Shown piece by piece: positions 14,139-25,100 of a stretch of 64,000 bases of DNA. Every line of letters begins with the position of its first letter. Positions within the stretch are counted from its first letter, which is position 1. Under the pieces are notes generated by a model. It was not told where the DNA came from. It searched no databases and saw nothing but the letters and a program-made list of their open reading frames with translations. Location: contig CM119371.1 in the NCBI GenBank assembly GCA_051294905.1, positions 9,798,001-9,862,000 on the forward strand. The letters run 5' to 3'. Position numbers and translations under genes: made by a program. Origin of the DNA: Botryllus schlosseri. Lineage: Eukaryota.

Positions 14139-16165
14139 CAGGGCTGTAATGACTCGAGTCACGATTTTTTTGTGACTCGACTTGACTCGAGTCATTTTCT
14201 TGAAATGGGAAAATGACTCGACTCGACTCGAGTCAATATTTGGATTGACTCGACTTGTACTCGAGTCATTACGCACGTACCCAAGTCATTGACTCGGCTT
14301 ATTTCATATGACTTGAAGATGATTAATTTGCGAATCGTAATGGTTAGATCAACGCATCTGACGAGTTCTGCCGACATCGCTATTTGTCACCACTGCTTTC
14401 GTTGCACTCGTCTGATATAAGATATGCCGCCGTAAAAGTAACAGACAATGGTACATAGTAGCAATGCATTGCACAAAATCATCCAGTGATGAAGAGGTAG
14501 TAGATCCTCCGCAATCAAAGTACTCAAGACTATACAATCCATCAATCGAAACCAAGTTCAATTAGAGCCAATGAAATGACTCAGATGGTCAAGTACTTGC
14601 AAGAGACTGATAAGCTCATGTGCGGATTTGAAGGGGATGATGCTTTGCATTTTGGGCGACTAGAAATAATGAGTATTCAATGCTCTTCAGTGTGGTTCAA
14701 AAATGCTGGGCAATTCCTGCATCTAGTGCACCAGTGCAACGTGTATTCAGTAGATGTGGATTTATTATAAGTCCCTGCCGCTTTAACATATCTGAGGATC
14801 TCCCTTTCACTTTAGTATTTTTTAAGTGTAACTCATTGATTTGATCTGCTGTCTGTGAAAACACACAATACCCTCCGTCCATTTGACGTTTTGTTAGGTA
14901 TGTGCATTTTGCACGTGAGTGATAATGAATGGCTAATGTTGCGTAATGTTTGTACATTAGGGCGGTTCAAAAATAACTTCTTTTTTATTCTACTGGGTGG
15001 CTATTTTTTAAAATTATTATGGTACATAAAAGGAATACTGGCTTAATTTTGAAAAATAGAATCAATGATATGAGAGGAGAACATTTTGGATTTGAAAATA
15101 AATAGAGTATTTTTAGTGAGAAATTATTTCATATAATATTATTACATATTAACTTGAGTGGCGATATAGCGCAGTGGTATGATCTGCGGCTGCAACACCA
15201 ATGGGTGCGGGTTCGAGTCCGACCGATGTCGACTTCAGAATTCCGATACCTAAGTGTTGGAGGTTTATCTAGGCTCTTCCTCACCACCTCATCCGCGTCA
15301 GCGGTGTATTACAAAAGCCTAGAGGTGGGCCGTGCTGTAAGTCGGCCGTTAAGGAAAATAAGAAGAATATCGGCCTGGTGTAAATGACCATAGTAGTCGA
15401 CAAACACCATAAATAGCACAAAACAAACAAACAAACCCTAATGACTTCGTTCTTCTAGTTGGAATTGAGTCAAATTTGTTATGAATCATATTTTTACACA
15501 ATATAACCATATCACGAGGCAGCCGGTAAAATTCGAATTCAAGTTCTTTTATGAGCATCCTTTTTGAGATTTTGTCCTCTTTTTTGAGAATTTTTGGTAA
15601 ATGTAGTGCAAATTCGACTAAGATACAGTAAATCAGCACTGAAGTAACGCTCAGGTGGCTATTTCGTGAGCTGAGCAGGAAAGTTGACCTTTTTTAAGTC
15701 AACTACCTGATAATGTGAAAGAAAAACTGTACCTCTGCATCTACATAAACATGCATATGTTGATTCTCTATCAGCTAATATCTACACGTGAATTCGTTGG
15801 TTATCTATAAGCTATTTGTGAGCTGTCGTCGATGTGCTCGTAATAAAAACTGAAGGCTTGTATTTTTGATGTATCAGACTGACGACAAGACAGATATTTG
15901 ATAAAGTTCTACGATTAGTTAAGTTATCATATTGGCGGCCTGTCTTATCTATCTGTAGCATCGGTAAATCGGGCCAGGAACTGTCCGTTATCTGCCTAAA
16001 TATACATGTGCCAAGACTCTGGTAGGGACAAAATACGCATGCTTGGCAAGCAAGGAATTCGATATCGCCCTAGCAGGATTGAGAACATAAGTTGAACATG
16101 ACTTCAATGCTGTGACTTGGACTCGGACTCGAGTCATAACACTATGACTCGAGTCATATGACAGT
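14139..16165 (+). mobile_element. hAT (Ac/ZBED1-like) remnant with gactcgagtc subterminal repeats and a C-terminal dimerization-domain relic
   Basis: ~14635-14835 reads DDALHF..RNNEYSMLFSVVQKCWAIPASSAPVQRVFSRCGFIISPCRFNISEDLPFTLVFFKCN across a frameshift; gactcgagtc arrays at both ends. Confidence 0.75.
15155..15436 (+). mobile_element. tRNA-derived SINE, full-length copy
   Basis: Pol III box A TAGCGCAGTGG and box B GGTTCGAGTCC, (aaac)n tail; further copies at 38200-38482 (+), 49625-49815 (-), and 3' parts at 4050-4160 and 42500-42590. Confidence 0.85.
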
Positions 16166-17352
16166 AACGACGTACTTCTACTTTTTCGTAGGTACTCAAG
16201 TAGTTTTCATCTATTTCTGGTACTTACTAAAGTACATCGAATTTTTGCTACTTCTACTTCTATTTCGTAATATTTTGTGATCTACTTACTTACATTTCGT
16301 TATCTTCAATTTGTCAAGTGGAAGTACTGTATCCCTCCAATCAGAAATAGAAACTGGGGAATTCTCGGGCTGTTTTCACGGAGTTGTAACTTTTATTTTT
16401 AAGAAAATTCAAGTGAAAGCCAGAATTTACGTCGCGCTTCACGCAAAGTAGATATGGAGTTAAAACTATGTTTTCACGGAAGTGAATACTATTTAGGTAG
16501 CAGGTTGCGTGATTCTCTTCGCCCTTCATTGTCGCCCATATGACATATTTCATCACAGTAAATATGGCCCATCATAACGCTTGAAACTATTAATTCGCAA
16601 TCTAGCATTTCCCATCAGATCGTAATCTAGAAGCCCATGGCGTGTCCAAATCTGGAAAAGTGTGCTCTGACTTTTTTGAGCGTTAGACCTGTTTTAGCCG
16701 ACCACCGTTAAAATTGTCTCGACAAAAGACATGGAATACATTTTCCGCTTTTTGAAGTATAGTATTGGTATTTCCCGATGAATTCGCAGTATCATTACTT
16801 AGAGTTCTAATTAGTTTAAGTTCTTTTGTCTGGAGAACATACATGTTTAAATTTAAAAGCAAGTGTAGCATCGCCGTCTATTTTCCGAAAATACAATTAC
16901 ACTACATGGTATTTTTTCGTTACGGGCGTGAAAGCATCTGAGGGGAGGCACGAAACCGTCTGAGATAAATAATGTTTCTTGAACTAGGAATGAGTGTAAT
17001 TTGTGCTAAAATTTTCAACAATAATCCTAATTATATTTCGACTTCAAATGTCATAATTGTGTCGTACAATCCACAATCCACACACTGATGCTAGATTTTG
17101 ACTGATATCAAACCTTGCACTAATCAGAAGATGTCCCTGAATGAAGTGAAACTGGTGAATGCGTGTTGCTGTGCCATTGGCTTTTGATTTGGCTTATGAT
17201 GGTCAGTTACGTTTAAGCTCAATTTGGATAGTAGAAGAGTTTAGGTACCAAAATCGCTAAAATATTTATGTGCTACGTGTCACCATTGCATATGATTATA
17301 TGTTTAACAGAATATCCAACAGGAAATTTACCGCCAGATCGTATAATTATAT

Positions 17353-17729
17353 TAGGGTTACAATACGTCCTCTTTTTAAGAGAATTTGTCTTCTTTCTGG
17401 ACTTTTTTGAATGTGTCCTCGGAGGACGCGCTTCTGTCCTCTTTTTTGAGATTTTGTCCTCATTTTAAGAATTTCGGTCATATTTACAGCAAATTTGGAC
17501 TGATATGCCGTAAATCAGCACCGAAGTGACGCTCCGGCGGGTATTTCGGGAGTTGGGCGGAAAGTTGACCTTTTTTTAGTCAACCACTTGACAATGTAAA
17601 GGAAGAAACGGTATTTTGGGCGCTGAGCCAGAAAGTTGACCTTTTTTTTTGTCAACCGACCGCAAAGTGTGAAAAAATTACCGTTTTTTGAGTGTCCTCT
17701 TTTCAGAATTCCAAAATATGGTAACCCTA
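17353..17729. mobile_element. hAT Blackjack-like MITE
   Basis: tagggttac...gtaacccta TIR, perfect TSD aattatat, tgtcct subterminal repeats. Confidence 0.85.
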
Positions 17730-18518
17730 AATTATATTCACCTGCTAATAAACCGAATTCCAAATTTGAGAAGTGTCTCAACACTCATAACCCCTTCCAC
17801 GCCACAAAACAATCAATTGGCTTTGCAAGCAATCTAGTTGCACTTTTTAATATATTTTGATATGACGATAAGAGGGGCGCGAAAATTTTCGCTGTCATCA
17901 AAGGGGGTGTCGAAAATTTTTTGAGAACCACACTTCTAAATATATATTGTCATTTGAATAAAACTATTGCGATACATTTCAAATACGGAAATATGAACGA
18001 AACAACGTGTGCTTTAATTTCAAACCACAAATAATCAAGATCCACACAGTAGAGACAGGACACTAATTGGTGATTCTAATTGAATAGTGCCGAGTAGACT
18101 ATATATAGGTTACTAGATAAGCAGCCTGATATGCATGTTATGTCGGATGCGCCAATGCACTTTCTCGAAACAAATGTGCCGTTTAGAATCATCCCATATG
18201 TGCTAAATAAATAAACACATCCATCCAACCTGTCATGGCATCCTTATGTTGGCGAGACTAACAGGATGACCATCCGTGCTAAAGTGACAGTGAAATAACG
18301 AACGCATAAGAGCTCCACCATAAGATGCTTTATTTGAGATTTGAGGCCAGCAGGGAACCTACATTCTCATGTTTCTAATTGTTAAAAATATACCCCATCA
18401 TAAATATAGAATATATGAAACAACTTCATGTTTAGCTTGAAATATTGTTATCAATTTAAATACATCATTATTCATCCCATTCAACCACTATTCCATACTT
18501 TTGCGAGAACGAGGAAAC

Positions 18519-18968
18519 TGGGGTTGCATTTGAAACAAACGGTGTTTTAAAACACCTTGTTTTAAACATGTTTTAAACAGTGTTTTAAACATAGGCCTTT
18601 AAAATACAAAATTGTGTTTTTTTGAGTTGTAAAATTATGCCATAATTGTGTAAATACTTTCCAAAAACATATTTTATGAGACTACGGACAATTACCACCC
18701 GATATAGCCGACGGATATCGATATGGGATGGTTAAAACCCTCAAAATAGTCGGTTCAACATTGATAGTACAGATATTTCGTCAAATGAGCTATATTTACC
18801 TTATATTTTCAATTGTCAATGTCAATCCACTCTGACGTCACAATTGCATATTCGTGGCGTCATGGCTTGAAAACAAACAACAAAAAACAATAAGCAACAT
18901 GTTTTAAATTAGGGCCTTGTTTTAAACATGTTTGTTATAAATTGATTTTTGTTTTAAATGCAACCCCA
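18519..18968. mobile_element. hAT-type MITE (gggttgcatt TIR) about 80 nt past the intelectin stop codon
   Basis: TIR tggggttgcattt/aaatgcaacccca; TSD gaggaaac/caggaaac; inverted sibling at 26170-26597 (TSD cgtgtacc/cttgtacc). Confidence 0.8.
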
Positions 18969-19045
18969 CAGGAAACAAAAATGATCGAGATCGTAATTTC
19001 ATTCTAAATCTGCGTGCTATATCTCACAACCATGAATACACTACG

Positions 19046-19149
19046 TCAACGATAAAATATCAATATAGTGGAACGGATATCTTCAAGTGAATGACCATAC
19101 GTAGTCGGACGAGTGGGGAAGAGTAATTCGCTTCCAGAGCCATACCATC
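19046..19149 (-). CDS. ITLN: Intelectin terminal exon: GWYGSGSELLFPTRPTTYGHSLEDIRSTILIFYR*
   Basis: Acceptor tgttttacag|; ends with the intelectin hallmark (I/L)L(I/L)FYR followed by TGA. Confidence 0.95.
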
Positions 19150-22100
19150 CTGTAAAACAGTTCAGAATAGGATATAGGCTAATATTGGTGCGAAATGGAA
19201 ACTCATACTAAAATACATAATAACACCTTTCTAAATTTACAAATATGTTCACAATAATTATTATATGTGTATCAATTTGCGGAGATGTGTGAGTTAAATT
19301 GACTCGCTCTGTTTTTGTAAATGGATATATTTGGTTTAAATTAATAAAAAGGGTCAACACAAAGGTCACTACCATTGATAACTGAGTTGTAGTCAATACT
19401 GCCAATAGAATACTTTTATATACGACAGCCCAACCGAGATCGAAATGGAGTCATGTCACTCGTGACTGTATAAGGTCGACATATCTGATATCAGAAAAGC
19501 CCGCCACGTCACTATAATAGTTTGCCTCAGAATATGCGACCGAGGTAAGGAAAACGATTTTCCGACAAATCACACATTTTAAGCTTCCATGCTCATTACA
19601 ATGAAAATCTGGCAAAAATTCTTGCCGTGGTAACACTGCGCCTTGCCAATTATTAAAAATAATAATACGTGGCAATTAGATACCTGCGAAATCACCACAT
19701 GTGCCGAATTGAGAGATGTCATTCGAAACTCCACCCACACAGACATATTCCGGTTGCATGCTCGTCACCCTACAGAACGCAACGTAGTTAAATATGAAAA
19801 GTTGGTCACGTGTGTTCATGAAATAGCGGTTTAAATTTCGTAAGGGATGATCAACTAGACCGGGGGTGGCCAAACAACGGCCATGGACACCGTTTTGTGT
19901 GGCCCGCGGAAGTCTCAAGAAAATATAACTCGTACGGAAAATGCTGATCGTTGCAGCGTCTTGACAAATCTTTTCCCTAATATATTTCGCCATGACAATG
20001 ATATCATAGTCTTACTATTATTTTTATATTATTGATGGCGCAATAGCCTGATTGCAAAGGCCCACGAATTTTCAAAGGTTTCAATTGCCAAACATTACAG
20101 AAAGTCGAAACGGAAATGGCATATTCGGATCAAGAGTGAGCTTTTAAATTCGAAAATCCATCAAGTTTATTACTTTTGGTGTTGTACTTGGGAAACTGAT
20201 TCGCACGTGTGTTGGGTAGATTCTAGGGATGGTGTGAACGTGAGGTTCACGTTCGTGTTCTGTGTGTGAACCTCGGAAAATTTGAGGTTCGGGTTCACAA
20301 CAGAACCTTGGTAGGTTCTGCACTGTGAACCTTTTTCATATATTGCAATTTTCACTTCACTACAACATCGTTGGTTCAAATTTATTGACTTTCAAATGTG
20401 GGCCACTCTATGCATGGAGCTGGCAACATAAACATTCAGCACCAAACGAGCATGCTCTTGAGTATATCCAAAATTTACTTGTATTGTTACAAAAGTTTGC
20501 TCGAAATATCCAGCTTTCCGTTTGTGCATATCTAGTGTCTCTGTGCTGTGAGCTTGAGCCGCAATCACATGACATCAAGAGCGACATACACTGTATTTTG
20601 TCAGCAAATGATCCTCATTCAACCAATCAATGAGATTGATATCGTCTTCTGATGTAAAAATCTAGCAGGCGTGCGGGGTCAATCTGACTACATGTGTTTA
20701 CTGTATCATAAAAAAAAAACAAATCCGTGCGACTGGGGTGTTGGCTATACTGCTGTATATCTTGTTAATCGGTAGCAAGTATAGAAACCCATTTTACACT
20801 CTGCTCAATATCCATGTGGCAATACTCAGACGCCGAATACATTGTCCGATCAGGTCGAAATTGTTGGCAAAGCGACGCAAGATACTGATTTTGTGGGATT
20901 ATTATATCATTTGTTTGCCTCAGTTGATACACTTGGCGACGTTTCGAACGTCAATATGTACTTCAGTACTGGCCCCGAGTCGTCGCTCGGCATCGTGTAC
21001 AGTAGATTAATATAGATAGGCAATCATCTAATTGAAATATGGGTTCAAATTAGCAATATGACGTCACGTGACGTCATGAGGTTCACGTTCGTGTTCACAC
21101 AGAACCTTTCAAAAAGGTTCACGTTCACACGAACCTGAACCTTTCAGAGGTTCACACCATCCCTACTAGATTCGTCCGTGAGATATGTGTAGAAGTAATT
21201 CATATCTATATTATCTATATACTGTAGAAGCGTATTTAAGGCAAGAAGATGCACAATAGTCATCATTTTGACCTGATACGTCAACCATTATTCTGGTAGT
21301 AATATACGCTATATAATTTCATACTCTCCTTGCCTTTCAGTATACAGTTGTGTGCCCTCTTTGTTTCAGGATAATTCAGCATCACCCTACCCAATCATAC
21401 ATCTTGACACTCAAGACACCAAGTGGACGGTGCACTTCGACGGGCTAGTGATAAATGACGTAGTAGATTTTACATATGCTTTGGCTCTCATTCTGTCACT
21501 GCACTGGGTATTCAATATCCAGTTCGCGCGTGGTGCGAATAACACTCTACATTTCTTGTCCATCTGCATTGCAAAAATCGAAACGCTGCGTATGCCGTCT
21601 GCAGTCGCTTCAATGTGTGATAAAAATTGATGTGCAGTTTTGAAATTGAGTTGATCATTGATATCCAAATTGGTCCGTTATGAAGTAGTTTTGCCTTTTT
21701 GGGATGCTAAAGTAGATTCTGCGTTAAGTGATTATGTTTTCAGCATACTTCATTACTTGACAGTTTTGACGCCGTAAAGTATAAATAGTCATGGAATAGG
21801 TTTGTACTGGACTTGATAATTTCCTTTCAAAACTACACGAGATATTGTCAAACAATTCATCTTCTTCAGCAGCAGCATGCTGTCTTTAGTTGACACGCTC
21901 ATGAGCTTGCCTTAAAACCTTTTACCTCTTCAATATTATTGCTTCTTGCCTGAATATTCGAGTTAGCGTGCTGGGTCTTCTGCAGGCCGAGTCATGCAAA
22001 CATTGCTTTTGCACAATTGCCTTTTCTAGTGCTGCTGTTTATTGTCCATACTGTGCTTGAGCCTGTATATATTGCCTGCTGATCTGCTGCAGTTGTTAAT

Positions 22101-25100
22101 TGGCTGTAAATAAATGAGCCTTTTGCTATAGATTTGTTAACAGTCATGGCCACCGAATGCACTGGGTCTTTCCGCTTTATAGTACTGCCAGTGCAGGTGC
22201 AAGGTTTAGGAATAATGAGAGAGAGAAAAAAAGAGATTTACAAGCTAGGGGCTTGTATTCAGGTAACAAGATTTAGCTTGTCAGCTTGTAACTGAGTTAC
22301 TAGAAAAAGCCTGTAAGCTTGTAATCGAGTCTAGCATGTTTTTTCTTGTTTATTAACAAGAATAATTTTTACAGTGTAGGATGCCTGGTGTGAGCCAAGG
22401 TTTGAGATGGAGTTTGTGCTTGCGTCTTGTAATTCTTTGAAGTGGTGCATGGAAATCAATAAGGGTTCTGACGTCTTGAACAAAGTTATTGAACTTGATG
22501 TTAAGTAGGGTTGAGTCAGCAGTGTTAGAGACATCTACAAAATTACTGGACTTGTCATACGCATCAAGTAGCAGGTTATCTTTGGACAAATTGCTTCGGT
22601 CCCTTCGTAGTGTATAGTTGGGGGGAGAAGTCTTTCGCACAAGGTCTAGTTCGCAGAGGATTGGGTAATGGTCATAAATTTCATAGGCAAGAGTTGCTGC
22701 TCCAAGTTCCACATCAGTGATATGTGTGATGATGTGATCCAGTAGTGTCTGGAAGTGTGTTGTAACTCGAGTCGGAAGTGGTATTAGTTGGGCTGCACCG
22801 AATGAGTTGATGCAATTTTCGTACCGTCTGGTATGCATCGTGTCGTTCACTAGATTCAAATTGATATCACCCAATATGATGAATTTTTGCCTCATATGGG
22901 TTAGTTTTTCAATCGATTTTTCAAACAGGGCTAAAAAATTTGTCAAGCAACCAGAGGGGTGCCGATAAAGTACACCATTGACATAGGATATTGAGTTGTT
23001 GGGGTTTAATGTAACCTCAGTCCATACTTCATCAACATATGGGCAGTTGAGTTGATACGTGGTACCGGGAATATATGTATATCCATCTTCGACATAGATA
23101 CCGACTCCGCCTGCATTTGTACTGGAGGGCGAGTGCTGAAAAGTGAAAGTTGGGTAGATCAACATCTTCAAATGAAGTCGCTTTTAGTCTAGTCTCAGTT
23201 ATAGTAAGTATGCAAGGTGTCCTTTGCATGGAGGACAGCATCGTACAAATATCATTGCGATGTTTTGGCAATGATCGCACATTCATATGCATGATAGTCA
23301 GTTTTCTTCCAATTTCTTTCAGGTTGTCCGGAGATAATTCCTGACATGGTAGGGAATTTATAAAACTTATGCCATCATCGGTATCATTTTGATCCGCATT
23401 AGGATCAGGCAAATAATGCGTTGGAGAAGCCATTGTATGAAAGGTTTTCTTAAAAATAATTTCTCCGGATGCAGTGGATTCAGTGGCTGGACTTCTTACT
23501 CATCTTATTCAAGTCCTCCATACTGTTTATTTGGAGATCTGTACTGTTTTGGTTTTTCCTTATAAGCACTTTACCGTTGTTGATCCATAGGTATGCGTAT
23601 CAAAGCGCTTTCTTCAGGTCTCTTGCCTCAAAGAGTAAGTTTCGGTTTTTTTCTGTACGATTTTCAACAATGAAAACCTTAGGTGTATCTTTATGAGGGC
23701 TATTCTCTGCTGGCCGAAGCTTGGAACGAGATTCATAAATGTTGGTTCTAATTTTGCGCGAAGTAAATTTGACAATGATTGGAGGAGGCTTCGCTTTTGC
23801 ATCGCTCGATTTGAATTTCCTGCGCTAAAAGCTCATACAATTACTGTCATCCAATGAGGTGATTTTTGCTATGACATCCATAACCAGTGAGTCTGTGTCC
23901 TCTGTTGAGCTAACAGGAATACCATGGAATTCTAGCAGGTCTAATCTCGCTTTCCTGTCCATCTCTTCAGTTCTCCTTCTCAGGAGTTGGATCTGTCCTT
24001 TTTGGGTTTCTATAATCTCTTCATTTTTCTTTATTGTTGCAGTGTTGTTCTCAAGTTGTTTCTCGAAGTCATCAAACTTGGAGGCAATGAATTCATGACT
24101 TTCTTGTACTTTTATAAGCTCTTTCTTCATTGAATCTAGTGATAGTTTAATATCTGATAGAGTAGCTTTCAGAGCAGCAGATTCAGAAGCATTTGCTGAG
24201 TTGATCTCAGCAAGACATGACTTGACGATTTCAGGAAGTTGAATTCGGATTTGTTCTATTATTGCTTGCTCGTCTTTTCCTGATCGTGTCTTCATCATAG
24301 GAATATTACTATATACCAGTGTTGGGATCAAGTCACTTCCTTCGAGTCACGAGTCATTTCGAGTCATTGCACATTTTGACTCGAGTCAAGTCAAGTCAAT
24401 CGATTTTCGATAATGACTCGAGTCAAGTCAAGTCAGTCAATTTTTGGAGCTGACTCGAGTCAAGTCGAGTCAAGTCAAGTCAAGTCACAAGTCAAGTCAA
24501 AATTCAAGTCAAGTTGCCTTTTAGAAGTATGAAGCATGATCATGTCATTGCATTTCGCTAGGTCTCTGAATAACAGATTGATTGATCATTGATTCTGAAC
24601 CGATGAACGAATATATGGAGTTGAATATACATGCAATAAGGTGCTGTATCGCTCACATAAACGTAGAACTGTTGAACTACGTAAGTAATTGCATAGCCTC
24701 ATTTTATAGTTACTGGTCAAGATAGAGTATAGAGAAACAAATTGAGAAGATGAAATACATTACCCATTTATACATATTGATATGATACAATTCGAGTCTG
24801 AGCCAATGGTTGAGGAGTATATAAACTATATTCGATTACTATTTCAATAAAATTTGAGGTTCGGTCAAGGTACGAACAGAAAACACAAATATACGTTTGG
24901 CTATTAAATTACTTTACTAGCCTACTAGTACACGACAACGTAAGCTGTAGCTTCGAACACTCCGTTTGTGGACAATATCTTTGTGAGAGAATATTGGGGG
25001 CCTAGTAAAACGCACGATGATTGAATGATCGGTCGCTCTCATGGGTTACACAAAAGTTTGGCGAACAATCCGAACAAGATGCAAGATAAGGTGATTTTTA

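Noticed and set aside
15155..15230. tRNA-Cys gene
   Set aside because: The cloverleaf is degenerate and the sequence continues into a repeated body with a simple-repeat tail, so it is a SINE head.
24340..24520. Regularly spaced gagtcaagtc repeats as a CRISPR-like array
   Set aside because: Eukaryotic context, no constant repeat with unique spacers, and located at the ends of TIR/TSD-bounded hAT MITEs.
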